Origin: Alphaproteobacteria bacterium
GTDB taxonomy: Bacteria; Pseudomonadota; Alphaproteobacteria; GCA-2731375
DNA length: 64,000 nt
Reading direction: 5' to 3'
Assembly (NCBI GenBank): GCA_965225945.1
Contig: CBDDBZ010000025.1
Location: forward strand, 103,994 to 167,993
The notes beneath the pieces are model-generated. The model saw nothing but the letters and a program-made list of their open reading frames with translations, did no database searches and was not told where the DNA came from. Shown here piece by piece: positions 1-12,402 of the stretch. Positions within the stretch are counted from its first letter, which is position 1. Each line of letters starts with the position of its first letter. The translations under genes were made by a program, and so were the position numbers.

Positions 1-28
1 GCCTGAGCGCGAGCCAACGGAGACCCCT

Positions 29-481
29 ATGACCGAGCACCCCAAGCCGCGCGCCGTCGGTTTCAACCACGTCGCCCTCGAAGTCGGCGACATGGACGAG
101 GCGCTGGCCTTCTACGGCCGGATCTTCGACTTCACGCTCCGGAGCCGGAGCGAGAACATGGCCTTCATCGATCTGGGCGACCAGTTCTTGGCGTTGCAGA
201 CCGGCCGGCACCAGGGGCCGGACGACGGCCGCCATTTCGGCCTGGTGGTCGACGACAAGGCGGCGGCGCGTACCGCGCTCGAGGCCGCCGGCGTCGAAAT
301 TTTGCCGGGCCGTTTTCTCGACTTCCGCGATCCCTGGGGCAACCGGATCGAGATCGTCGGCTACGACAACATCCAGTTCACCAAGGCGGCGGACGTGCTG
401 CGCGGCATGGACCTCGCGCATCTCGAGAAGAACGAGAACGCGCTCGGCGAACTCGCCGAAAAGGGCATGGCGCCGGAATAG
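29..481 (+). CDS. VOC/glyoxalase family protein
   Basis: GFNHVALEV..D...A..FY, HFGLVV and DPWGNRIE motifs; GGAG SD upstream. Confidence 0.85.
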   Translation: MTEHPKPRAVGFNHVALEVGDMDEALAFYGRIFDFTLRSRSENMAFIDLGDQFLALQTGRHQGPDDGRHFGLVVDDKAAARTALEAAGVEILPGRFLDFRDPWGNRIEIVGYDNIQFTKAADVLRGMDLAHLEKNENALGELAEKGMAPE

Positions 482-576
482 GGCGTCGGGACTTGGGGCG
501 CGCGCCGCCGCTTGCCGCCGCGCCCGCTTCGCGTCATCCTTCGTCCAGATGGCGAGAAACGACAAGGAGCGGTGTC

Positions 577-1635
577 ATGGCGAGCAAGAAGGGCAACGGC
601 AACGGCGGAGCGGCTTACGTCTATGCGGGACTGGCGGGGGAGAGCGCGCCGGGACGCATTGTCGACAGCGGGCTCTATCGCCTCACGGATGGTAGCGAGG
701 AATGGGAGGCGCTCTCGGGCGGCTTGCCCGATGAGCCGGCGATCCGCGCACTCGCCGTCCATCCCGCCAGACCGGAGGTGGTCTACGCCGGCACTCAGGA
801 CGGCCCCTACCGGAGCGAGGATCACGGCGCCACCTGGGCGAAGGTGGCGGTACCGGATCACGGCCTGCCGGTCTGGTCGGTGCTGTTCCACCCGCGCGAT
901 CCCGAGGTGATCCTGATCGGCTACGAGAACGCCGAGATTTATCGCAGCGACGACGGGGGTGAGAACTGGCGGCGCCTGCCGGTCCACGTCCGCTACCCCG
1001 ACATCACCACCGCGCCCGGCTCCAACCCCGCGAAGCGCGTGTTGATGCTGGACGCGAGCCCGACCGACCCGCAAGTGCTCTACGCCGCGATCGAGGTCGG
1101 CGGCACGATCCGCTCGAGCGACGGGGGCATGAGCTGGGAAAACCTTTCCGACGGGCAATACCTGAACGACGATCCGGTCGATATGCACGGCGTCTTGGCC
1201 AGCCGCTGGCGGCCCGGCAACGTCTACGCCATCGGCCGCGCCGGCATGTTCCACAGCGCCGACGGCGGCGATCATTGGCGCCTCGTGCCGCTGGAACCAT
1301 TGAACGAGAAGGGCCAGATCTACTGCCGCGACATCGCCGAGGTGCCGGGCAATCCGCGCTGCCTCTGGGTCGCGGCCGGCGGCAACTTCCAGAGTGACGT
1401 CGGCGTCCTGCTGAATAGCGCCGACGGCGGCGATACCTGGCGCCGGGTCGACATGGGGCTCAAGCCCGAGAACACGCTCTTCGCGCTCGCCTTCGACGAG
1501 CGGCGGCCGGAGCGGATGTCGTGCGCCACCAACGCCGGCCAAGTGTTCACCAGCCTCGACGGCGGCGATAGTTGGGCCGACCTGCCACCGCTCCCTTGCG
1601 ACGGCGGGCAGATCTACGCGCTCGCCCGGGGCTGA
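577..1635 (+). CDS. BNR/Asp-box repeat beta-propeller protein (WD40/YVTN/BNR-like), no signal peptide
   Basis: Repeated SxDxGxxW Asp-boxes (SEDHGATW, SDDGGENW, SSDGGMSW, SADGGDHW, SADGGDTW, SLDGGDSW); AAGGAG SD before ATG 577. Confidence 0.85.
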   Translation: MASKKGNGNGGAAYVYAGLAGESAPGRIVDSGLYRLTDGSEEWEALSGGLPDEPAIRALAVHPARPEVVYAGTQDGPYRSEDHGATWAKVAVPDHGLPVWSVLFHPRDPEVILIGYENAEIYRSDDGGENWRRLPVHVRYPDITTAPGSNPAKRVLMLDASPTDPQVLYAAIEVGGTIRSSDGGMSWENLSDGQYLNDDPVDMHGVLASRWRPGNVYAIGRAGMFHSADGGDHWRLVPLEPLNEKGQIYCRDIAEVPGNPRCLWVAAGGNFQSDVGVLLNSADGGDTWRRVDMGLKPENTLFALAFDERRPERMSCATNAGQVFTSLDGGDSWADLPPLPCDGGQIYALARG

Positions 1636-1654
1636 ACCGCGCGCGAGGGGCGCG

Positions 1655-2767
1655 ATGGCGATGATCATCGATTCCCACGCCCATATCTTCGAGAAGTGGT
1701 CGGGCGCCTGCGGCCTGGCCTCGCGGGCGCTCCACTGGCGCTATATTCAGAAGAACGTCACCCGCCCGGCGGCCAAGGTCTATCGCTCGGCCGACGGCGC
1801 GCCGGGCGACGCCTCGGCGCTCTCCCGGCCGGGCGAGGGCACTTGGGCCGGTCTCAGCGACGACGTCGACTTTCGCGTCGGACCATATGGCCGACTGGAG
1901 TTCGCGATCGACGGCGAGGACCATTACGTTCAGTACATGCCGGTCGGCATGGCCGAGATCGAATCCACGCCGGAATTCATGCTCACGCAGATGAACGCGG
2001 CCGGCGTCGATCACTGCGTCCTGCAGGCGGGTTTCGCCTATGGCGCCATGAACGACTACAACGCGCTGGCCCAGAGGCAGTTCCCCGCGCGTTTCACCGG
2101 GCTTTTTCATGTCGACGAGGCGCGCGCCGACGAAGCGGGCTGGATGGCCGAGGCGCGCCGCGCGGTGGAGCGACTGGGGCTGCGGGGCCTCTACTATTCG
2201 CTGGAGCAATTCAGCCGCTACGGCTTCGACGTCTGGTTCGACGACCGCCGCTTCGATGCTTTCTGGGACCTGATCCAGGGCCACGACCTACCCGTCTTCA
2301 TCGAGTTCTCCTCGATTCCGAGCTACGACCGGGCCGGTTACATGAACGTCGTCGGGCGCTTCGCCGGCCTACTTGACCGCTTCCCCTCGATCCGCTGGCT
2401 GTTGGTGATGGCGCCGCCCGTGCAATATTTCGCAACCGACGGCCGCTGGGACTTCCCCGAGCTGGCGGCGGAGGTCTATGGCCGCGATAACGTCAGCCTG
2501 GAGATGTGCTTTCCCATCACCTGGGGCGGCGTCTGGGACTACCCTTACCCGGAAGCGCGAGCGCTGATCCGCGACCTGCGCGACCGTTATGGCGCGGGCA
2601 AGCTCGTCTGGGGCTCCGACATGCCCAACCTCGAGCGCTTTTGCACCTATCGCCAGGGCGTCGACTATATTCGCCGCCATTGCGATTTTCTCTCCGCCGA
2701 GGAGAAGGATCGAATTCTGGGCGGCAATCTGGCGGACTTGCTGGGAATCGCACCCGGCGGCGCCTAG
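1655..2767 (+). CDS. Amidohydrolase family protein (Amidohydro_2-like)
   Basis: IIDSHAH metal motif, WGSDMP, ILGGN C-terminus. Confidence 0.85.
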   Translation: MAMIIDSHAHIFEKWSGACGLASRALHWRYIQKNVTRPAAKVYRSADGAPGDASALSRPGEGTWAGLSDDVDFRVGPYGRLEFAIDGEDHYVQYMPVGMAEIESTPEFMLTQMNAAGVDHCVLQAGFAYGAMNDYNALAQRQFPARFTGLFHVDEARADEAGWMAEARRAVERLGLRGLYYSLEQFSRYGFDVWFDDRRFDAFWDLIQGHDLPVFIEFSSIPSYDRAGYMNVVGRFAGLLDRFPSIRWLLVMAPPVQYFATDGRWDFPELAAEVYGRDNVSLEMCFPITWGGVWDYPYPEARALIRDLRDRYGAGKLVWGSDMPNLERFCTYRQGVDYIRRHCDFLSAEEKDRILGGNLADLLGIAPGGA

Positions 2768-2786
2768 ATCCGCCCCCTCCCCGGCC

Positions 2787-3335
2787 TCACCCGACCTCCG
2801 TCACCGCCTCCCGGCCCAGGGTGATCAGGCGGAGCGTGCCGCCGTCGGTCTCGAAAGTCGTAATCGAGCCGTTGTCGGGGCGGAAGACGCGCACGCGGTC
2901 CTCGCCGGTGGCGTGGCCGACGGCGACGTTGATGGCGATGAAATGGCTGAAGATCACCGCATCCCGTTCCAATCCCCTGACATAGTCGACCACGCCCCGG
3001 CGCCAGGCCAGCAACTCCGGCGCCACCACGCTCCAGCCGCCGGCCATCACCGAACCGAGCCAGGCGCGGCGCGCCCCCAAATCCACAGCCCCCGAGGGGA
3101 TCTCGGCCACTTGCCGAGCCACCACCGGCGCCACCCCCCAGCGCGCGGCCAAGGGCGCCGCCGTCTCTCGCGCGCGTAGCAACGGGCTGGTCAGCAGCGC
3201 GCATGGGCGCAAGGGCGCCAGTTCCGCCGCCACCGCCTCGGCCTGGGCGCGGCCCAGGTCGTCGAGCCCGGGGTCGAGTTCGGCGTTGAAACCCGCCCCG
3301 TCCTTGCCGTGGCGGATCATGTGAATGCGCACCAT
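2787..3335 (-). CDS. Histidine phosphatase (phosphoglycerate mutase-like) family protein
   Basis: RHG motif, SPLLRARETA, FSH. Confidence 0.85.
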   Translation of the reverse strand: MVRIHMIRHGKDGAGFNAELDPGLDDLGRAQAEAVAAELAPLRPCALLTSPLLRARETAAPLAARWGVAPVVARQVAEIPSGAVDLGARRAWLGSVMAGGWSVVAPELLAWRRGVVDYVRGLERDAVIFSHFIAINVAVGHATGEDRVRVFRPDNGSITTFETDGGTLRLITLGREAVTEVG

Positions 3336-3342
3336 CGCTCGC

Positions 3343-3966
3343 TCAATAGAGCTTCGTGCGGAGGCTTTTCTGTACCATGGCCTCGGCCTCCTCGGCCGAC
3401 GAGCCGTCGGCGACCTGATCGGTGATCATCTGGCCGAGCGTGGGGAGTACCGAGCGTTCGATCCGGTAGTCGTCGTTCCAGAGGCGGGAGCGGCGAAGCG
3501 CCTTCGAGCATTGGAACATCACTTCCTCCACCGTCACCTCCAGCGCGCTTCGCGGCACCTTGCCTTGAGCCGCCAGCGGCGCCAGCACGGCGGGATCGCG
3601 GACGATCCGCGCGCTACCGTTGACGCGCAGCGTCTCCTCCACCCCCGGGATCATGAAGATCAGTCCGACGCGCGGGTTCTCCACGATGTTGGTGAGGGAG
3701 TCGACCCGGTTGTTGCCCCGCCGGTCGGGGATCAGCAGGCGTTTGTCGTCCAAGACCTCGACGAAGCCCGGCGCGTCGCCGCGCGGCGAGACGTCCAGGC
3801 GGCCCTCGGCGTCGGCGGTGGCGAGGCAGAGGAAGGGCGAGAGGGCGATGAAGTTGCGGCAGTGTTTCTCCAGCCGGTCGATGCATTTCACGGCCGCGAG
3901 CCGGCTCGGCCGGCCATAGATCTCGCCGAGACACCGGGCATCGCGAATTTCGCTGGCGTCGGTCAT
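3343..3966 (-). CDS. Pyridoxamine 5'-phosphate oxidase-like FMN-binding protein (MSMEG_1061 family)
   Basis: DVSPRGD.PGFV, PDRRGNNRVDSL.NI, ETLRVNG, CSKAL.RS.LW motifs. Confidence 0.85.
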   Translation of the reverse strand: MTDASEIRDARCLGEIYGRPSRLAAVKCIDRLEKHCRNFIALSPFLCLATADAEGRLDVSPRGDAPGFVEVLDDKRLLIPDRRGNNRVDSLTNIVENPRVGLIFMIPGVEETLRVNGSARIVRDPAVLAPLAAQGKVPRSALEVTVEEVMFQCSKALRRSRLWNDDYRIERSVLPTLGQMITDQVADGSSAEEAEAMVQKSLRTKLY

Positions 3967-4121
3967 GTTGGGGGCTCCGAGGGTTCCGTCCGGCGGCCAA
4001 TCTAGCCCGCCGCCGAGCGCCCGGCAAATCACGCCGCCGGCGCGCTTTTCGTGCTATGAGAGCGCCGCCCGACCGAGGCGCGGCCCGGCGAGCAACGATT
4101 TTCGCGGAGGAGGAACGCCAC

Positions 4122-6206
<2,085 letters not shown>

Positions 6207-6253
6207 GGCGGTTTCGACCGGGCCAGGTGATTCCGCGTGAGCGGAAATTATCG

Positions 6254-6727
6254 TCACCGTCCGTGTTGGCGCTGGAGGCTCTCCCACAGCCGGCGACGGC
6301 GGTCGGCCTCGGCCAGTAGACGGCGGGCCTCGGCGGCCACGCGGCGGTCCTGGGCCGAGGGTCGCTTCGGCGCCAGTGCCGCGATGATGGCAATTTTCAG
6401 TGGCGCCCCCCGCCTGAGCCGGACGCAGCCACCGGTCCGGTAGATCTTCCCATAGAGCTTGATCGTGTCGTATTCCGGCTTCGAGCCCCAGCCCTTCGCC
6501 GCGTAATAATGGGTCAGCTCGTGCTCCGTCACCTCGCGGTGAATACGCCTGAGTCGATAGATGATGTAGGCGAGCTGCTCCTGGCTCTGGACGTTGAGCA
6601 GCGCCGTGTTGAGCGACCGGCGGAAGGCGGCGGTGAATTCGTGGTGGGTCTCGCAGCCGGCGGCCACGGCCGATACCGGCGCCAACGCGGTCCAGGCCAA
6701 GATGAGAACTGCGACGAGGCGGAGCAT
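6254..6727 (-). CDS. Secreted SprA-related family putative metalloprotease (HExxH)
   Basis: Signal peptide MLRLVAVLILAWTALAPVSAVA; EVTEHELTH; Y..GG.V; AALAP..PSAQDRRVAAEA tail typical of SprA-related proteins. Confidence 0.6.
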   Translation of the reverse strand: MLRLVAVLILAWTALAPVSAVAAGCETHHEFTAAFRRSLNTALLNVQSQEQLAYIIYRLRRIHREVTEHELTHYYAAKGWGSKPEYDTIKLYGKIYRTGGCVRLRRGAPLKIAIIAALAPKRPSAQDRRVAAEARRLLAEADRRRRLWESLQRQHGR

Positions 6728-6834
6728 ATCGACATGATCCCACGCAAATCCCGACCTTGTCAGTGACGGCCGACACTCGGGCAAGCGTAACAGAGTTCAC
6801 GAGACGAGTGTATTCAGGCCGGTCCCGGCTGGCT

Positions 6835-8241
6835 TCAGCCGGCCCCCGATCGGCGTGCGGCGTCGTCCATCCGTAAGAGCGCCGCCGGGGGCCGGATCAC
6901 CTCGGTGTCCTCGTCCCTGGCCGGGCTCGGCGGCGGGGCCAGCAGCTTCGGCGCGCCCGGCGGACGGCCCCACTCGATGCGGTCGAAGGCGCCGCAGTTC
7001 GGGCAGCTCGCTTGCCAAGTCTCGCCGCGCCAGCCACAGGCGCCGCAGCGCCAGGCGAGGCCGTCACCGAGGTGGGCGGCCCGCTCCAGCCATTCGCGGG
7101 CGGCCGCCTCGCCGCCCTCGGCGGCCAGCGCCAACGCGGCGCGCAAGCGATAGACCCGCGCGTCCGGGCCGTCGGCGAGCGCCGCCTCCAACGACTGGCG
7201 CGCGTCATCCCAGGCCTCGGCGGCGAGCGCCGTTTGCGCCAGCAACAGCCGGCTTTCGAGGTGATCGGGGCGGCCGGCGACGGTCTGTTTCGCCTCCTTC
7301 AGGCGCGAGGCCGCGTCGAGCCCGGCCCACAGTGTCCGCGCCGCGTCGGCCAGTTCCGGGTCGGGCGTCGCCGCCCAGGCGTCGCTCAGCAGGCGCCGTC
7401 CGCGCTTGAGGTCGCGGGCGAGGGCATGCAGGCGCACCATCAGCGCTGCCGCGCTGGCGATGTCTGGCACCAGCTCGCGGGCCTTGCCGGCGGCATCCAT
7501 GGCTTGGCGCGTCTCGCCCGCTTCCAAGTGGTGGCGGGCCCGGCCGATCAGCGCCACGCCGCGCCGCCGGGCGAGCGCCTCACCCCGGATCGCCTTGTGC
7601 CGTTGGGCTTCCTCGAGGGTCGCGAGCGCGCCGGCCCAATCCTCCTCCGAAATTTGGATCTGATAGAGCTCGAGCACTGCCCAGGTCGCGTCGGGCCTGA
7701 GCGCCAACGCTTCGCGGGCGAGCGTGCGGGCGCGATCGATATCACCGTCGCGCTGCGCCAGGACCAGCAAGCCCCGGGCGCCGAGGAAGGCGCTGTCCGA
7801 GTTCTCGCGCAGTCGTTCGAAGTGCTGCTTGGCTCGAGCCTCGTCGCCGTCGAGCTGTGCCGCTTGCGCCGCCAGGAGCTGCGTCAGCGGTTCGCCCTCC
7901 AGCAGCATCCGGGCGCGGCGCGCCAGTTTCCCACCCTCGGCTGTATCACCGGCGGCGACGGCGACGAGGCCGCGCGACAGTACCTCGTAGCCGCGTTCGC
8001 GACGACGCCGGACGCGATTTCGCCGCCAGGTGCTCGGCCGCAGGCCGATCCATTGCAGGACGCGGAAAATGGCGATCGCCACCGCGATCAGCACCAACAG
8101 CGCCGCCAGCGCCACGCCGATCGAGGTTTGGATCCGCCAAGCCGCCAGATCCAGCGTCAGGCGGCCCGGATAGTCGGCGAAATAGGCCGCGAGCCAGGCG
8201 ACCGCCGCGAGACAGAGAAAATAACCGACGGCGCGGATCAT
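6835..8241 (-). CDS. hemY: HemY-like TPR membrane protein (alphaproteobacterial HemY/Orf52)
   Basis: Two N-terminal TM segments, GLVAVAAGD, LLAAQAAQLDGD, TPR-like helices, C-terminal CxxC..W...CPxC; follows mic60. Confidence 0.9.
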   Translation of the reverse strand: MIRAVGYFLCLAAVAWLAAYFADYPGRLTLDLAAWRIQTSIGVALAALLVLIAVAIAIFRVLQWIGLRPSTWRRNRVRRRRERGYEVLSRGLVAVAAGDTAEGGKLARRARMLLEGEPLTQLLAAQAAQLDGDEARAKQHFERLRENSDSAFLGARGLLVLAQRDGDIDRARTLAREALALRPDATWAVLELYQIQISEEDWAGALATLEEAQRHKAIRGEALARRRGVALIGRARHHLEAGETRQAMDAAGKARELVPDIASAAALMVRLHALARDLKRGRRLLSDAWAATPDPELADAARTLWAGLDAASRLKEAKQTVAGRPDHLESRLLLAQTALAAEAWDDARQSLEAALADGPDARVYRLRAALALAAEGGEAAAREWLERAAHLGDGLAWRCGACGWRGETWQASCPNCGAFDRIEWGRPPGAPKLLAPPPSPARDEDTEVIRPPAALLRMDDAARRSGAG

Positions 8242-8248
8242 TACCGCC

Positions 8249-10300
8249 TCACCCGGCGCCGAGAAGCGCGATGGCGCGCGCGCCCAACACATCGAGCGCG
8301 CCGTTGGCGGCAAGCCAGGCTTCCGCCTCCGCCCGCCAGGGGGCGAGCGCCTCGCCGGCGCCACCGTCGAGCCCCCGGACCGCCTCCAGCGCGCCGCCGA
8401 CGTCGCTCCGCTCGAGCCGCGCTTCCGCCCGCGCCAGCGCCGCCTGGGCGTCCTCGCCCGCGACCTCGCCTCGTCGGCGAACGGTGACCAGTCCGGCGAT
8501 CCGGTGCCACATATAGTCCCACCATTCGTCCTTGCCGGGTCGGCCCTCGGCCTCGAGGCTCGCCTCGATCAGCGGCTGGAAACTGGCGCGCAGCCGCGCC
8601 GGCGTGGCGATGCCGCCGGCGGCCTTGGCCTCGAGCGTGGCGAGCGCGGCCGCGATCTCGGCGTCACCCTCGGCGAGTGGGGTGATCGTCGTCAGGACCT
8701 TGGCGTAGGCGCGCCCGGATCGGACCGCGTTGTCGAGCTGGCCGACCGCCAGAACCAGGGCTTGGCGGCGCGCCGAATTCCGTATCTCGGCCCGCGCTTC
8801 CGTCAAGTCCTTCACGCTTCCGTCCAGGGCATCGAGGCGGCCGGCGAGTGCGGTCGTCTGGTCGACCACGCCCTCGAGCCGGCCCGCCAACGCTTGCGTG
8901 CGTTCGGCCGCCTCGCTCTCGCCCGTGGTGGCGGACGCCGGCATGCTCCGAAGCTCGGCGATGGCGCGATCGATGGCCGCGAGACGCGCCGTGAACTCGA
9001 TCGTATCCGCGGCCCCCGCCTTACCCGCCGCCGCGACGGGCACTGGGCGGGCCTCGATCGCCGTGAGCCGCTTCTCCAGCTCGACGAGGGTGCCGGCGAG
9101 CGCGGGATCGGCGGCCGAGGCACCTTGGGCGGCGCCCTTCAGGCTCTTTTCCACCCGGTCCAGGCGACGGGCGAGTTGGCGTGCCGGGGCCGGGTCGCTC
9201 GGGGTCAGGGTGGCGACGCGGGCCCCCAGGCTCTCCAATCGCGCTTCCAGCGCCGCCAGCCGCAGCACCCTCGGGTCCTGCAGGAAGTCGGGGAGATAGG
9301 GCAGGAGGTACGGCGACGTCGCCGGCCAAATCAACATGCCGACGATGAAGGCGACCAGCAGGGAAGCGATCCAGGCGAGCTTGACGCCGTGACCGCCGAA
9401 CGGTCCCCGGGATGGCGCGTTCGGGCCGTCTCCGAGGGGCGGCTCGCTCCCCTCGTTCGCCCGGCCGGCGGTGTCGGACCCGGTGAAGGGCGTCTCGGTG
9501 GACTCCGCCGAAGTCGTTTCGCTCTTCGTCTCTGCGGGCACGGCCTCGGCGGTCGGATCGTCTTCGGATGGTCCCGGCGTCCTTGCCAATGCGCCCTCCT
9601 CCAAGGTTTCGAGCAGGCCTGCCTCGGTCGGTTCGGCCGCGGTTCTTAACGCCCGCCAATGTATTTCCGCCAGCTCCCGCGCCACGGCGGGGGAGAGGCA
9701 ACAGGCGACGACGTCGCGACACGTGCCCACCAGGTTCGCGCCGCGCACGAGACTAGCAAAGGCGGCGGCGGTGCGCGGCGAAAAAAACAGCGCCGCGTCG
9801 ATTTGCCCCTCGACGAGCGCGCGCGCGGCCTCGACCGGCAACGTCGCGGCGGTACGCGCCTCGTAGAGCGTGGCGCGGCGCACCTCAAAGCCGGCGGCCC
9901 GCAGCGTGCCGGCGAGATCGCCGGCGAGATCGCCGGCCGCGATGTGCAGCACCGCGCCGTCGGCGGGCGTCAGGCGCGATTGGACCAGCGCCGCCAGCGC
10001 TTGGACATCGCCGCCCGCGCTCTCCACCGCTTTGAAGCCGAGTTCGCGGGCCGTTCTCGCCGTGGCGTCACCGACGGCGAGGAGCGGCGGCCGAAGCGGC
10101 TTGCCGGCAACCCGGGCGAGCGCGCGGACGCCGTTGGCGCTGGTCGCCAGGATCGCCTGGATGCCGTCCAGCTCCAGCGTGACGCTATCGTGGAAGTAGA
10201 TTTCCAAGAGCGGCGCCCGGACCACCTCGTGACCGAGTCCCTCCAGCCTTTCGACCAGAAGCTGAGCGTCCGCTTGCGCGCGCGTGACCAGGAGACGCAT
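8249..10300 (-). CDS. hemD: Uroporphyrinogen-III synthase fused to COG4223/mitofilin (alpha-Mic60) domain
   Basis: N-terminal LLVTR, TSANGV, AVGDATA, FFSPRTA, CLSPAVA; acidic linker, single TM, coiled coil, C-terminal mitofilin-like GLVTVRR..G....A.LARAEA.L...D...A. Confidence 0.85.
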   Translation of the reverse strand: MRLLVTRAQADAQLLVERLEGLGHEVVRAPLLEIYFHDSVTLELDGIQAILATSANGVRALARVAGKPLRPPLLAVGDATARTARELGFKAVESAGGDVQALAALVQSRLTPADGAVLHIAAGDLAGDLAGTLRAAGFEVRRATLYEARTAATLPVEAARALVEGQIDAALFFSPRTAAAFASLVRGANLVGTCRDVVACCLSPAVARELAEIHWRALRTAAEPTEAGLLETLEEGALARTPGPSEDDPTAEAVPAETKSETTSAESTETPFTGSDTAGRANEGSEPPLGDGPNAPSRGPFGGHGVKLAWIASLLVAFIVGMLIWPATSPYLLPYLPDFLQDPRVLRLAALEARLESLGARVATLTPSDPAPARQLARRLDRVEKSLKGAAQGASAADPALAGTLVELEKRLTAIEARPVPVAAAGKAGAADTIEFTARLAAIDRAIAELRSMPASATTGESEAAERTQALAGRLEGVVDQTTALAGRLDALDGSVKDLTEARAEIRNSARRQALVLAVGQLDNAVRSGRAYAKVLTTITPLAEGDAEIAAALATLEAKAAGGIATPARLRASFQPLIEASLEAEGRPGKDEWWDYMWHRIAGLVTVRRRGEVAGEDAQAALARAEARLERSDVGGALEAVRGLDGGAGEALAPWRAEAEAWLAANGALDVLGARAIALLGAG

Positions 10301-10307
10301 GGCGCCC

Positions 10308-11243
10308 TCACGGTCCGTCGACGAAGAAGTCCGGTCCCGCGCGGCGCAACAGCTCCAGCCCTGCCTCGCGGCCGAGCGCCGGCCCGTCCGCCGCCGGACC
10401 GCGCCGCGAGGTGGCGTGCCGCGCGCGCCCGTCGGGCGAGAGGATCTCGCCCTGGAAGGCGATCAACCCCTCGGCGTCGAGACTGGCGAGGCCGGCGATC
10501 GGGGTCCGGCAGGAACCGTCGAGCGCGGCGAGAAAAGCCCGTTCGGTGGCGACGCGAAGCGCCGAGGGCGCATCATCGATGGGTGCCAGCAGCGCCCGCG
10601 TGGCCGCGTCGTCGGCGCGGATCTCTATACCGATGGCGCCTTGCGCCACCGCGGGCAAAATCTCCGCCGGCGCCACCGGGACGCCGTACCGGCCGCCGAG
10701 GCCGAGGCGCCGGAGCCCCGCCTCGGCCAGCAGCATCGCGTCGGCCTCGCCCGACTCGAAGCGCGCCAAGCGGGTCCCCAGATTGCCCCTGTTCTCGATG
10801 ATCCGGAGGTCCGGGCGGCAATATAGCGCCTGCGCGCGGCGGCGCAGCGAGGAGGTGGCCAGCACCGCGCCCTCCGCCAGCCCGTCGAGCGTGTCCGCAT
10901 CCCGCGCCAGCAGGACATCGCGCGGGTCTTCCCGGGGCAAGACGCAGGCAATCTCCATGCCGTCCGGCAGCACCGTCGCCACGTCCTTCATGGAATGGAC
11001 CGCGAGGTCGATCTCGCCGGCCGCGAGCGCCGCCTCGATCTCCTTGGTGAAGAGGCCCTTGCCGCCGACTTCGCGCAGCGGCTTGTCTTGAATACGGTCG
11101 CCGCTGGTGGCTATGGCAACGACGGCGATCGCGCCCCGATCGAGCCCGTGCGCCACGGCCAGGCGGTCGCGCACCTCCTCGGCCTGGGCCAGGGCGAGCG
11201 GGCTGCCGCGGGTGCCGATGCGAAGCGTCGGTTGCGGGCTCAT
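10308..11243 (-). CDS. hemC: Hydroxymethylbilane synthase
   Basis: [42 protein letters not shown]. Confidence 0.97.
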   Translation of the reverse strand: MSPQPTLRIGTRGSPLALAQAEEVRDRLAVAHGLDRGAIAVVAIATSGDRIQDKPLREVGGKGLFTKEIEAALAAGEIDLAVHSMKDVATVLPDGMEIACVLPREDPRDVLLARDADTLDGLAEGAVLATSSLRRRAQALYCRPDLRIIENRGNLGTRLARFESGEADAMLLAEAGLRRLGLGGRYGVPVAPAEILPAVAQGAIGIEIRADDAATRALLAPIDDAPSALRVATERAFLAALDGSCRTPIAGLASLDAEGLIAFQGEILSPDGRARHATSRRGPAADGPALGREAGLELLRRAGPDFFVDGP

Positions 11244-11321
11244 GCCCCCGGTGCTAAGCGCTTCGGTGGCTCGGCGCAAGGCGGAATCGGAGCCCGCCCG
11301 CCGGCCCCGGGAGAGCCAGGC

Positions 11322-12380
11322 GTGAACGACCCCACGATCCGCGTCCTCGGCATCGAGACCAGTTGCGACGAAACCGCGGCGGCGCTCGTCAGGGGCGACG
11401 GCCGCATCCTCGCCGAGCGGTTGGCGAGCCAGACGGCCGAGCACGCGCCCTACGGCGGCGTGGTGCCGGAGATCGCCGCGCGCGCCCATGTCTCGCGGCT
11501 GGACCATCTGATCGCCGATGTGATGGCGGAAGCGAAGCTGCCGTTGGGTGAAATCGACGCGGTCGCCGCGACCGCCGGCCCCGGCCTGATCGGCGGCCTG
11601 CTGGTCGGTCTCTCGACGGCGAAGGCGATCGCCTCCATCCTCGCCAAGCCCCTGCTCGCGGTCAACCACCTGGAAGGCCATGCCTTGAGCGCCCGCCTGG
11701 TCGCCGAGGTGCCGTTTCCCTATCTGCTGCTGCTGGTCTCGGGCGGGCACTGCCAGTTGCAGCTGGTGCGCGGCGTCGGGCGCTACGATCGCCTGGGCAC
11801 GACGATCGACGACGCGGTGGGGGAGGCCTTCGACAAGACCGCGATCCTGCTCGGCCTCGGCTTTCCGGGCGGGCCGGCGATCGAGCGGGCGGCGGTGGAC
11901 GGTCGGGCCGACGCCTATCCGCTGCCCCGCCCGATGCGGGCGCGCGAGGGTGCCAATTTCTCCTTCTCCGGCCTGAAGACGGCGGTGCGCTACCTGCTGG
12001 AGCGCGAGCCCGGAGCGCGGCCGGCGGACGTGGCGGCGAGCTTTCAGGCGGCGGTGGTCGAGGTGCTGGTGGACCGCACTCGCCGGGCCATCGCCATGGC
12101 CCGCGCGCGCGACGGCGCGACGGCGCATCTGGTCGTCGCCGGCGGTGTCGCCGCCAACCGCGCGATTCGTGGCGCAATGGCGGAGCTCGCAGGCAGCGAA
12201 GGCTTGGACCTGGTGGTGCCGCCGCCCCGGCTCTGCACCGACAACGCGGTGATGATCGCCTGGGCCGGGGTGGAGCGCCTGCGTCTCGGGCTGATAGACG
12301 ACCTCTCGGCACCTGCCCGGGCCCGCTGGCCGCTCGACCCCGACGCCAAGCCCGCGCCCTTCGCGGGCGTCAAGGCATAG
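11322..12380 (+). CDS. tsaD: tRNA N6-adenosine threonylcarbamoyltransferase
   Basis: [47 protein letters not shown]; divergent from hemC. Confidence 0.97.
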   Translation: MNDPTIRVLGIETSCDETAAALVRGDGRILAERLASQTAEHAPYGGVVPEIAARAHVSRLDHLIADVMAEAKLPLGEIDAVAATAGPGLIGGLLVGLSTAKAIASILAKPLLAVNHLEGHALSARLVAEVPFPYLLLLVSGGHCQLQLVRGVGRYDRLGTTIDDAVGEAFDKTAILLGLGFPGGPAIERAAVDGRADAYPLPRPMRAREGANFSFSGLKTAVRYLLEREPGARPADVAASFQAAVVEVLVDRTRRAIAMARARDGATAHLVVAGGVAANRAIRGAMAELAGSEGLDLVVPPPRLCTDNAVMIAWAGVERLRLGLIDDLSAPARARWPLDPDAKPAPFAGVKA

Positions 12381-12402
12381 CGCTGGGCGTCCGCCCCCGG
12401 CG

